Below, piece by piece: positions 52,401-64,000 of a stretch of 64,000 nucleotides of DNA. Below the pieces are notes generated by a model that searched no databases, had not been told where the DNA came from, and worked only from the letters and a program-made list of their open reading frames with translations. Origin of the DNA: Azolla caroliniana. Taxonomy: Eukaryota; Plantae; Polypodiophyta. The DNA lies in assembly GCA_043228905.1 (NCBI GenBank), contig JBHGNT010000013.1:3596001-3660000 (forward strand), in the 5' to 3' direction. A program made the translations under genes and the position numbers. Numbering within the stretch: position 1 is the stretch's first letter; the number at the start of each line of letters is the position of its first letter.

Positions 52401-54985
52401 AGGAATTCAGGAGACGGTTCATGCGAAAAGAGAAGGGGAAGAAGAAGATGCCAGAATACGAAACTGGCAACGTTGAGTCGGCTCGGAGCGAATGTGACTC
52501 CGGAAAGGAAGAAGGTGAATCTTCAGAAAGGAAGTCTGAATCGGCCAAGAAGGGCCTCAAACCGGGTAACGACAAGTTACGCCGGTCATCTCGCCAGAAG
52601 AACCCCATTACGCGGTACGAGTACAATGAGTACATGGTGCATCACAAAAGTGGCGGAAGTGTGTGAGCCAGAGAGCTACGCAAAAGCGGCAAAGGATGCA
52701 AATTGGCATGCTGCTATGGAGGAAGAAGTGCAGGTACTCGATGCCAACGACATATGGGACCTCGCTGACCCTCCACGACATTGTAAACCGATCGGTTACA
52801 AATGGGTGTACAAGGTAAAGTACAATGCCGACGGTTCAGTTACCCAGTACAAGGTCCAGTTAGTGGCGAAAGGATACGCACAGGTATCAACGCAGAGTAC
52901 TGACGAGACCTTCGCTTTGGTACTGGCGGTTGCTGCGGCAAGGGGTTGGCATCTTCACCAGATGGACGTGAAGAATGTGTTTCTTCAAGGAGACCTTCAA
53001 GAAGAGGTCTTCATGATCCAACCCCCTGGTTTTCAGTCGGAGATGAACAAGTCGGCAAGTGTGCCGGCTTGAGAAGTCGCTTTACGATCTAAAACAAACC
53101 CCCCAGCTTGGAATGCGAAGATTACGCACGGGTTGCGTAAGATGGGGTTTGTGACCTCTAAACCCGACTCATCGTTGTTCATCCGGCAAGGTCCAGACAG
53201 TCCGGTTTGCATCCTACTTTATGTTGATGATTTAGTCATCACCGGACCCGGACTCAATGAAATCGGCCGAGTAAAGTCCCAACTGTCGGACGCATTTGAA
53301 ATGAAGGACCTGGGGGACCTTCATTATTTTCTTGGCATCGAGGTGATCCAAACCCCCGACGGCATATTGCTCTCACAACGACACTCTGTGTTGAATATGT
53401 TGTACAAGTTTGGCATGACGGAATGTCGACCTGTCTCTACACCCCTGGACTGGAACTAGAAGCTCCATCCCAACTCTGGATTGGCCTACGATGAGAAATG
53501 GTTCAGACAAATTATCGGAAGCGTCATATACTTGACAATCACTAGACCCGATCTCAATTACCCGGTTGGAGTGATCAACCAGTTCATGCAGAAGCCGACC
53601 GTCGAGCACCTTCAGTGCGCACACTAGATACTCTGGTATGTTAACGGCACGAAGGATCGGGGATTGTTATACCGTCACGGTATAGTTTGGAAGCTAGTTG
53701 GATATACTAATGCCGACTGGGCTGGTGATGCATCGGATCGCCGATTCACCTTTGGTTACATGTTTTCTCTAGGTAGCGCGGCTGTTGCGTGCAACAACAA
53801 GAAGCAGCCAACAGTGGCTACCAATGCCACCTGTGAAGACATCTGGCTTCAACGACTGCTGCAAGATCTGTGGATTGAGGTACTGACCCCGATCCTGATA
53901 TACTGTGACAACATGAGCAACATTCAGCTGGCCAGGAACCCCGTGTTCCATGCTCGGACGAAGCACATAGAAGTCCACAATCACTTTGTGCATGAGCGGG
54001 TTTTGAGCGGTGAAGTTGAACTTTAGTATGTTCAGACGGATCAGCAAGTTGCCGATATCTTCACCAAACCGCTCGAATTGGATAAGTTGCAGCACTTCAC
54101 CGAAATGCTTGGTGTTTAGCATCTCAATGTGGTGCACTTGAGGGGGAGAAAAGGAAAGGGAACGGATGGCACCGGACAAGGAGCCGGGGAGGAAGAAAGA
54201 ACCAACAAAGGGGGAGACAAAGGGAAAAAGGAAGCCGAGTCGATGAAGGAAGTCGGCACATCGGAACAAGTCGGAGCAAGTGGAAACGAAAGGAGAAGGC
54301 CAACACCCAAACATGGTCTGATGTGGTAAATGGCATGAAACCGAAAGACAAGTTGAAGAAGACCGACTCGGACAAGAGTCGGAACGAATCAGGAGCGACC
54401 ATTTTGGACAAGAGCTGGAACGAATCGAAGGAAACCGGATCCATTACAAAATTCAGAGAAGCCGAATCAACTAAAGGCCAAACGAACATGGACATAGCGG
54501 AAGTCGACGCCAACACAAAGGAACTGATGGGTCGACAAGCGTCGGAGTCACAGTAGCGAGGGAGCTGAAATGGGCCTATTGAGCAAACAAGCTAACCGAG
54601 GAGGTCGAGGTGCGCAGAACCAGAAGGGTCGCGGCAAACAGGACCGGACCGGACAAGGAGCGCGAGCAAGGCGGAGCAACGCCAGAAGGAGCCGGGTAGA
54701 AGAATCGGCTGCCACATACACTAACACCACGATCCGACCACAAGTTGAGCTTGAGGGGGAGTGTTGAGCAAGCAAACTCAACCGGATCCGGATCGGCATC
54801 TAGAAGGATGAGCCGGATTGGTCTCTGGAAACAACTGACCGGATTGGGGAGACGGATCAGAGAGCCGGATTCGACCAAGAACCTGAAGCCTAGTAGTAGC
54901 CTAGGCTACTAGGTAATCATTGTCTTGTAGTTAGTATCAGTCGCATGTAGGAATATTGAAGTACCTGTCAGTACTTTTACCAGTA
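49472..54985 (+). mobile_element. Element F: Ty1/Copia (relative of D), 3' LTR truncated
   Basis: 5' LTR 49472-49892; PBS TGGTATCAGAG; decayed gag-pol 49986-54150; PPT and 3' LTR from 54762. Confidence 0.92.
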
Positions 54986-55900
54986 CCGCGCGAATCCACC
55001 ATCGTCTTTGATATCATCTCCATGAAATCTTCTTCGTCTGTCTTTGTCCTCCCCTACCGCTCTTTCACGTTGGGTTCACCAATGTCACTATGTTTCGCTT
55101 GCGTGTGTCGTTCGAATGGGACTGCTGGGGCCTTGGACCGGGGAGACAAAAGCGGTGAGGAAGTGGGAGCATATGACGTCAATGACATGGGGGACATATA
55201 CGTAAATATTTATATAAAATAGGGTTTAAACAACAATTAGTTTCGGGTTTTCTTTCTTACAAAGAATTAGTTTCATGATTAAGAAAAAAAACTATGCATC
55301 AAAAGGGGTTTTTGTTTTCTTTAGAATTTATAGACTTGACACCACAAATAGGTGGTTTTTGTCTAGTGGGCTCTGAGCTCAACTACTTGCGACGGCTATG
55401 TTGCCTCGATTCGAAGTAGCCCTCGTGCCACTACAACCTCCCTTCTGCTTTTTGGCCACTCAGTTGACCACTACCGAGATGCCGAAAAAGCCCATTGTTT
55501 AGGAAATCCAAACCCTAAATCTCGAGTAAGAAGTATAATAGGAGCAAAACTCACAAACCCTAAATTCATATTTCCTCTAATATGTTCAGGAGGAAAGAAG
55601 AAATGTAGAACCTCTCAAACCCTAACACTAGAAAAAAAAGGAGGAGAAAGGGAGGCTACAAAACCCTAACCCAAGAAGAAGATGAGAAGATGAAAACCTA
55701 GTGGTACACCCCTAAGACAAAATGGGTGACCCCATAATAAGCCCTATTCCTGCCTTCTTATAGAGGAAAGAGGCGCCTATTTTAACATTACATGCTTTTT
55801 TTTTTTCTTTACGACAAAAATGGAACGGGAGCAAAATACTCCTTAATTCATCACACGAGAGACTCGAACTCTACACCTCCCCATGTATACTTATAAGCCC
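54986..55900 (-). mobile_element. Inverted, truncated copy of element T
   Basis: Reverse complement of ~48090-49061 with indels; PBS TGGTGAACCCAACGTGA at 55065-55081; LTR end at 55083. Confidence 0.9.
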
Positions 55901-56077
55901 CCACGAGAGATGAACAATTGGGGGTAACGAGATGGGGAAGTTGATGAGATAGGGAGATTGAGAAGTTCATGACAATGAGTAAAAATATCTATTCCATGAC
56001 TGGTGTTGATCTCCTTGATGTTAACAAGGGAGATCAACCCTTTTTATACATGTAGTGATGCATGATAAGCATGCTCA

Positions 56078-56210
56078 TGCCAAGTCTTACATACTATAAT
56101 ATCAAGCATACTAATTCTTGCATGCCAAGTCTTACATACTCACTCTTACATATTGAGTCTTACATATTGGTTCTTACATACTGAGTCTTACATACTAGGT
56201 CTTACATACC
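56078..56210. repeat. GTCTTACATACT short tandem array, probably in an LTR fragment
   Basis: About 6 copies of (G)TCTTACATA; minus-strand TATAAAAAG at ~56040. Confidence 0.6.
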
Positions 56211-58179
56211 ACTCTTTATACAAAGGTTTGAAGTCTAAATTTTGTCTAGGAAGAATATATATACAAGGGCCTGTTGGGAGACAAGTCCCTCCGGATGGGA
56301 AGGGAGAAGAACAGTGCTGATAAGCAAACTCGGCCGAGGCCGAAACCAGATGAGGAGTACCCGGCTACGGAGAGCCGGATGGTGCAGACCCAGTGAAGAC
56401 CGGATGAGGAGTACCCAGCTACGGAGAGCCGGATGGTGCAGACCCGGTGAAGACTGGATGAGGAGTACCCGGTTACGGAGAGCCGGATGGTGCAGACCCG
56501 GTGAGGAATGCTCACCGGATGAAGAGACATATTCGTAAATATGTTTTTGAGAGTCCATCGAGGCTATATTTGTAAATAGCCGAAAAGTCATATTAGTATA
56601 AATATGACTTAGGGCAAACTTTTAGATCACTGTTGTTGTTGTTGTCATTTTCTTGTTGGTGCAAGGAGATAGAGCGCGTAACTGTGTACAGAGAGAGAGA
56701 GAAAGAAAGAGGTCGTTGCCTCTGTTGTAACCGCCGCCTGTGGCGAAGATCGTGAGCGTGAGGTCGTTGCCTCCGTGAGCTCACTGTTTGTACATTCGTG
56801 ACATAGTGATAGTTAGCAAGCAGTGGACTGCTGTGGTTTTTTTCCCTCTCAGGGTTTTCCACGTTAAACATCCTGCGTACTCTTCTCTCCATTGGTTCGT
56901 GCATTTTATTTCCCGTTTTCTGTGTATGATTCTAAGCTCGGTTGTGGCCGAGCGTTGCGCATAAAGAGTGTTTTAGTTCCCGTCAAGTGGTATCAGAGCA
57001 AAACAACACAAAAAATGGACGAATCATTTGGCGGCATGTTCAAGCTCACCGGCTCCAACTATTCGGTAAGGAAATCGAAGATGAGGGACATGCTCGTGGT
57101 TAAAGATCTTTGTTTGCCGGTTCAGTTTGGGGACAAGAGACCGGACAAAATCGACGCCACGATATGGGAGGTGATGCACATGAAGACAACGGCTTACATA
57201 CGGTGCTTCATTGACATGAGCCTATACAACAACTTCAATGAAGAGAGCAAGGCTCATGAGCTCTGGGAGAAGATCGGCATAATGTTTCAAAACAAAAATG
57301 CCGTTAATCAGGTTTCAGTATTCCGGAAGCTAGTAAGACTCCGGTACCAAGATGGCTCCAACATGGCGGAGCACATGAATGCCTTCCAGGGGCTGATACA
57401 CCAAGCAACATCATTGGAAGTACCTCTCGCCAACGAGGTACTAGCACTACTCCTGCTCGGTTCCCTCCCGGATAGCTGGGAGACGTTGGTCGTCACTTTG
57501 GGCAACGCCGGGCCTGAAGGAAAACGGCTATCCCTAGCAAGAGTAAAGTCGAGCTTGCTAGATGAGGAGGCGCGTCGGAAAGATAAAGATACGAGCTCCG
57601 ACTCCAAAGCGCTACTTACCGAATCGGAACGTGGAAGACATAGGAACCGTAGCCCCCAGAACCGGGAAAAGTCGGGGACATGGTCAAAGTCAAGGGGGAG
57701 GTGTTAAGAGTCTATTACTAATCAATAGACCAAATCAAGTAAAAAGGAAGAAAATAGATTGGATAGAAGAACCCGTTCCACCCGACCACCCCCGAGCTAT
57801 GATCTAGACATAGCCAACCTACCACCGACGTCCCATACCGCCGGATATTAGGATGACTAATACCTTGGAAGAGATAAACACGATCGTCGAGACGAAAGCC
57901 TAGCCCGCACCACCGGTGTCTACGACAGCAGCCTTCCGACGTGATTCCTATGAGGGTAGCTAAGCCTCATATTTATACCTTTTCCTAGGCCCCTTGAATA
58001 GATGTGCCTTTCTAAAAGGCTCTCTATTCATTGGTTGTCTAAATCATGATAGTGCATGCACATATCATTCATTCTTTCCAATCATTAGTCCCCTTTTTAA
58101 TAATAGTGAACATACCCTTCACTAATGTAAATATTAGTGACCTACCCTCACCAACGTTATGTGTACATAACATACTCCC

Positions 58180-58980
58180 CTACTTCAAAAGATTGCACTC
58201 TTGCAATATAAAGTGAGGAAATTGTGCCTTAAGCGAATGCTCGCGTTCCCATGTGGCATCATCAATAGGTTTATCCATCCATTTGATCTTGAATAGCCGA
58301 ATCTCTTTAGAACGTAAACGTTTAGTACGAGAATCAAGAATTCGTTCAGGAACATGAGGTTTGTAAGAAAAATCCTCTAATGTTACAAGATCTTGGATTG
58401 TGATGGTGTTATCACCAGAGCCTAAAAATGGTTTTAGACGACTGACGTGAAAAACAGGATGAATACCAACGTTACGAGGTAAGGCAAGGTGATAAGCAGA
58501 TGACCCAACTCGCTTAAGGATTTCAAATGGGCCACAATATCGTGGGGCTAACTTAGCGCACTTGCCCGTAGATAATGACGTAGAATCAGTCGGGACACGC
58601 AAAAAAACTTTTTGACCAATAGTAAATGCACGAGGACGTCTATCCTGATCAGCATAAAATCGAGCACGATCTTGAGCTGTCTTGACATTTTCTTTGGCAA
58701 TATGCAACATTTGGTTCATGTCTTGCAAAAAATTGCGTGTACTGTCTAATGTATCACGATGAATCGTGACATCAACTGGGGCACGTGGCTGAAAACCATA
58801 CATCAACATAAAAGGACTATATCCAGTGGATGTATGTTTAGAGTTATTATAGGCAAATTCTAAGATAGGAAGGTATTGCTCCCACTTAGAAGGGGTTTTT
58901 GCTACATAAGCTCGAAGCATGTCCTCAATAATTTGATTAACTCGTTCAGTTTGTCCATCAGACTGAGGATGATCTGCGGA
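58180..58980 (-). pseudogene. Element I integrase C-terminal half with chromodomain
   Basis: HPQSDGQTER; EFAYNNS; KLAPRYCGPF; HPVFHVS; PERILD..KW..DATWE. Confidence 0.9.
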
Positions 58981-59794
58981 ACATAGCTAAGATGTATTTC
59001 TCGGATCTCTATCTTGAGTAATCATGGCGGCTCCCCGAGGCTCAACCATGGTTCTTACATCAATGAAATTTCCTAGATAGCCTTATATTAATGCCAACCC
59101 ATCATGTATTATATGGTCGAGAAAGTGTATTACGTGAAAAAACAAGTGCACTCACAAGTAATATTCTAGTCTTGCGAGCAATAAGCAAACGTGATGATAA
59201 AATGATAAAATAAGGCACTACTCATAAGAGTTAAGTAGTGACGAAAACAAGGGTAAAAAAAAAGAAAAAGAACCCATGTGTTACCTACGAAAAAAAAAAA
59301 CAATGTCACAAATAAATGGGAAGTGCAAGGTATGCACATATACATCCCAATATGATTGTTATAACTTGCACAATTGTGACATAAGCCACAAATTGATACA
59401 AGTGATGATGGTGTTGTGCGCAAAGATGTAATACTCAAATCCATGAGTAAAACATCAATAAGGGAACTCATATGGTTTTACTCGTTTTCTAAGGCTTGAT
59501 GATAAGAGTTAAACCTAGATGACCCGTTGAAAAAAAAATCGTTCAACAAGCCACTCCATACGAAAAAAATAGTCTACACGTAAAGGTTACATTAAAAATA
59601 AACGATGTAAATACTTTATACATGAAAAGGAAGTGGAAAAAGGAGAGTTAATTGTGGGCGGGTAAATAATAATTACTAGAAAATCATATAAGTGAAACAA
59701 TACTTATGAAATTAAAATTTAATTAGAATAATCAACAATTAGGTGTATGGAATCAAACATGCCCTAAGATACGAAACCCTAGGGTAGTTGACAT

Positions 59795-60110
59795 GCACCT
59801 CCTCAAGACCACCACATATCCCTAGAATCGGCCAAGTAATGGCTAATTAAAGAGGAAAGTGGCATAGGTAAGTGACATATACCTCGTCAAGGCCACATCA
59901 TCCCTTAGAATCGGCCAATTGATGGCTAATTAAAAAGGAAAGTGGCATATGTAAGCTACATATACCTTGTCAAGGCCACAACATCCCATAGAATCGGCCA
60001 ATTGATGGCTTAATAGAGAGTAGAGTGGCATAGGTAGGCAACATACACCTCGTCAAGGCCACATCATCCCTTAGAATCGGCCAAGTGATGGCTCAATAGA
60101 GGGGAAGAGT
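59795..60110. repeat. Four ~84-bp tandem repeats in the leader of element I
   Basis: TAGAATCGGCCAA..ATGGCT..AGTGGCATA..CAAGGCCAC repeated. Confidence 0.88.
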
Positions 60111-61646
60111 GGTATACTCAACATCATATGCAAAACGGCCATGAGATAAGCGTGTGCGATTAGAGCAAACACGCTCGACCCAATGCACAAGAATAATTAT
60201 TATCGTAAGAGTTCAAGAGAGGAGAGAGTGGGATATATATCGCAATATCCAAAAGGCCATGAGTTGAGCGTGTGCGATTAGTGCAAACACGCTCGGCCCG
60301 ATGCATAATAATAAGTAAAATCGTAGCGTAGTAGGAGGTAGAAAGAAAGAGAATAAAACGTAATACCAATTTGATTCGACCATAAAGAACGCATAATAGA
60401 AAAAGAGAAGAGATCAAAAAAGAAGAATACCGGGTTTAGAGTGTTGTTTTGATCCTGAGAAGAGCATGACGAACCTTGTTAGATCCCCCTCGCTCACACG
60501 CAAAAAACATCAAAACAACAAAAAAATTGTTAGTAAAAGCTCTGATACCACTGTTAAGAGTCTATTACTAATCAATAGACCAAATCAAGTAAAAACGAAG
60601 AAAATAGATTGGATAGAAGAACCCGTTCCACCCGACCACCCCCGAGCTATGATCTAGACATAGCCAACCTACCACCGACGTCGCATACCGCCGGATATTA
60701 GGATGACTAATACCTTGGAAGAGATAAACACGATCGTCGAGACGAAAGCCTAGCCCGCACCACCGGTGTCTACGACAGCAGCCTTCCGACGTGATTCCTA
60801 TGAGGGTAGCTAAGCCTCATATTTATACCTTTTCCTAGGCCCCTTGAATAGATGTGCCTTTCTAAAAGGCTCTCTATTCATTGGTTGTCTAAATCATGAT
60901 AGTGCATGCACATATCATTCATTCTATCCAATCATTAGTCCCCTTTTTAATAATAGTGAACATACCCTTCACTAATGTAAATATTAGTGACCTACCCTCA
61001 CCAACGTTATGTGTACATAACAGGAGGCCTACTTGCTTCTATTGCGGCAAGCCGGGACACTTCCAGAAGAACTGTCGGCATTTCCGGAAAGACAAGGAAA
61101 CCGACGGTACCGATTCGAAGCGGACACCGGACCGGAACGGTAAAGACCGGAAGAGGACGACGGCAATTGTGGCAAGTGAAGAAGAGTTGATGCTCATCAC
61201 CGAGGAAAGTGAGATAAACCTTGCCGGCGACGGGATGACCTAGGTGGTAGACTCCTGAGCGTCGTTCCACCTTACCCCGGACCGGAAATGCTTCTCATCC
61301 TACTCAGCCGGTGATCACGGCTGTGTCCGGATGGGGAATGAAGGTACATGCCGAATTGTCGGCATAGGAGACGTGTGGCTGACAACACCAACCGGATGCA
61401 AGTTCATGTTGAAGGATGTCTGACACGTTCCGGAGGTTCGTTTGAACCTGATATCAGCCGGTCGGCTAGATGATGAAGGCTACACGAGTAGCATCCGGAA
61501 CGGTGTCATGAAGTTTAGCAAAGGGAGCCTGATTGTGGCTCGGGCCCGGAAGGTCAACACACTGTACCTGATGAATGCCCGGTTATGTCCAGAAGAAGTG
61601 AACGTGGCATCCGACACTACCGGTGAGCTGTGGCACAAGAGGCTAT

Positions 61647-62229
61647 GTCATATGAGCGAGAAGGGGATGAAGAGGCTTGCAGACGACAACCTCATTCTAG
61701 TGAAGAACGTGCACTTGGAGAAGTGCACTGATTGTCTGGCCGGTAAGCAAAACCGGACCTCCTTCTGACCAAGGCCACCGATAAGACGTAATGCACCACT
61801 GGAGTTGGTGCATACGGATGTGTGTCAAGTAGACACCAAGTCCCATGCCGGAGCGCTGTACTTCGTGACGTTCATAGATGACCACAGCCGGAAGCTATGG
61901 GTCACACCGTTGAAGATGAAGGATCAGGTGTTATCCGTCATATGAGCGAGAAGGGGATGAAGAGGCTTGCAGACGACAACCTCATTCCAGTGAAGAACGT
62001 GCACTTGGAGAAGTGCACTGATTGTCTGGCTGGTAAGCAAAACCGGACCTCCTTCTGACCAAGGCCACTGATAAGACGTAATGCACCACTGGAGTTGGTG
62101 CATACAGATGTGTGTCAAGTAGACACGAAGTCACATGCCGGAGCGCAGTACTTCGTGACGTTCATAGATGACCACAGCCGGAAGCTGTGGGCCGCACCGT
62201 TGAAGACGAAGGATCAGGTGTTATCCGTC
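61647..62229 (+). repeat. ~290-bp tandem duplication in H integrase N-terminus
   Basis: GTCATATGAGCGAG...GGATCAGGTGTTATCCGTC occurs twice. Confidence 0.92.
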
Positions 62230-62877
62230 TTCAAAGAGCTCCACGCGAGAGTGGAAAGAGAAACCGGCCGGAAGCTGAAGGCGGTTCGAGCAGATAACGG
62301 AGGAGAATACCGGGGCCAGTTCGAGGAGTACTGCCGCTCGAAGGGGATCCGGCTCGAATTTAACATGCCGAAGACGCCGGAACTAAACGGACTGGCCGAG
62401 AGGATGAACCGGACCATAATGGAGAGGGTCCGGAGTATGCTAGCGCATGCAAAACTACCCAAGAAGTTTTGGGCTGAGGCATTGTCGACGACGACATATG
62501 TTGTGATAAATAGATCACCCTCAGTACCCTTGGACGGAGACACGCCACAGAGAGTATGGACCGGTAAGGAAGTATCTTACCGGCATTTGAAGGTGTTCGG
62601 GTGTCTCGCGTACGTGCATGTAGCTAAGGACCGGCAAGGAAAGTTAGATCCAAAGACCCGGCCATGCATATTCCTCGGTTACGGTGACGATGAGTTTGGC
62701 TACCGAGTGTGGGACCCAGTCGACAAGAAGCTATTCCAGAGTTGAGATATTATCTTCATGGAGGACAAGACGCTCGCCGACTGGGAGTCGGAGAAGAAGA
62801 TAATGAGCTCCGAGTCGACTGGTAAGGATAGACTCTACAATGAACAGACCCAACCGGCAAGAGACCGGTTAGCACGC

Positions 62878-64000
62878 TGTCGTGAAGATTTTCGGCAATA
62901 GTGTGAAAATCCTATAAAACGTACAAAATCGAGTATAAATCACATAATACAATAATTGTGAAGATAACATTTTTAATAAATTTAATATCTAAGTACAAAA
63001 TGATGGAGGTTTCAAATGCACTTTATTACACGAGAAACGGACAACTAAATGTCAAGATATGAGGGTATAAAGTTTGTGAAAGGAAAAGAGAAAATTGTGA
63101 GATATCCCACATAGGCACGACAAATACGGCTCTCATCATATATAAGGTGGAGCAAAAGATATTATCTTTGTGTCTATGTGTGGAGCATAGAGAGTTCAAG
63201 GTAACTTGAACTAAGAGTAGAGGTGGGCTAGCTACTCGTAAAGGGTTTTGGCCAACTAAAACCGGACCGGTGATGGAGCCGGTGATCCGGCGGCAATCCG
63301 GTGACGGTGAGACACCGGCATCTGACAGCAATTCGGCGACGACACCGGTAACCGACGGCATCCGGCGAGGCACCGATAACCGACGGCGGCACCGGTATCC
63401 GGCAACGGCATCCGACGACATCCGACTAACCGGCGTCCGGCGACTAGATAAATAAATATATAAATATATATACATATACAAGGAGGGCAAAGAAGGATTC
63501 GAACCTTGCACCTCCAAGCTAGGAATCAACTGGCTTACCATTAAGCCATGCTATTTAGTTCAATTTTTATTTCTATCATTATACTTTTACATGTAAATTC
63601 TCATACATGAGAGCTAAAATGAGTGACATGGTTATCATGCACCACATGTAATACATAAGTGCCAAATGGCAAACATGCAATTTATGCATGTCTTGTACCC
63701 TCACATGCATCATATGCATGAGAGCATCTATAAAAGAAGGAAGGGGGAGGAGAAAAAACACGGTTTTTTTATGAAAATTAAGAGGAAGAAATTCATTATG
63801 AAATTGATCGTGTAACTTGTTTCTTAAATCTAAAGTTAAAAGTTCAATCAATCTCTCTCAATCGTGTAATCTCAACTTCTCTCTTTCCCAATCTATCTTA
63901 AGTAGTTTCTCGCTAAAGCTTGCGCCAAAGCTTGTACCGACTTTGAATCCTTCCGGTCCAGAACCCCGACGGTTCCGCCTCACGATCCGCACGTAGTGAC
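62878..64000 (+). mobile_element. Element J: LTR of the TGTCGTG..TAGTGACA type
   Basis: Starts TGTCGTG, interrupting H; the window ends at ..GTAGTGAC, like the T LTR end; shares GAACCTTGCACCTCCAAG with the LTR at 145. Confidence 0.7.
63489..63555 (-). promoter_or_regulatory. tRNA-derived Pol III A/B-box module in LTR J
   Basis: TGGCTTAATGGTAAGC (A box, paired D stem) and GGTTCGAATCC (consensus B box, T stem). Confidence 0.75.

Larger units (their letters stand above)
57702..61022 (-). mobile_element. Element I: young internally deleted chromovirus
   Basis: 471-bp LTRs 57702-58172 and 60552-61022 (3 differences seen); TSD GGAGG; Met PBS 60539-60550; PPT 58173-58184. Confidence 0.95.
56272..62877 (+). 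mobile_element. Element H: Ty1/Copia (5' LTR, gag, PR, INT), interrupted by I and J
   Basis: LTR 56272-56985 with three 54-bp repeats; PBS TGGTATCAGAGC 56988-56999; gag from 57015; CFYCGKPGHFQKNC; integrase 62095-62745. Confidence 0.92.

Noticed and set aside
59795-60110. CRISPR-like array (also 56345-56520)
   Set aside because: Eukaryotic context; whole units repeat with no unique spacers and there are no cas genes.
63489-63555. Functional tRNA genes at the tRNA-like modules
   Set aside because: Acceptor and anticodon stems do not form properly, and all copies lie inside LTRs.

Overview
This is plant nuclear DNA, probably from a non-seed plant (inferred from Tcn1-type chromoviruses and moss-like Gypsy proteases). 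It contains one host gene, an intronless-CDS EIN3/EIL transcription factor (33832-35496), in a short island flanked by two hAT-type MITEs and a LINE remnant. The rest is nested LTR retrotransposons, here labelled by letter. Left nest: non-chromovirus Gypsy A (~690-29913) contains Tcn1-like chromovirus B (4107-21607), which contains Copia D (4720-16544), which contains three-LTR chromovirus C (5581-11729); a solo LTR also sits in A. Right nest: Copia G is cut by chromovirus E, which is cut by a tRNA-Trp-primed mini element T, which is cut by Copia F; an inverted T copy follows. Then comes Copia H, containing young non-autonomous chromovirus I and LTR J. Notable observations: (1) tRNA-derived Pol III A/B-box modules inside the LTRs of several families (11 copies); (2) a conserved G-UUA-AAC plus hairpin/pseudoknot -1 frameshift signal and a Tf1-like self-priming site in the chromoviruses; (3) a second aspartic protease after the integrase of A, followed by ~5 kb of unknown extra ORFs; (4) a 134-bp Copia-derived foldback. 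All calls were made by eye; no database search was run.
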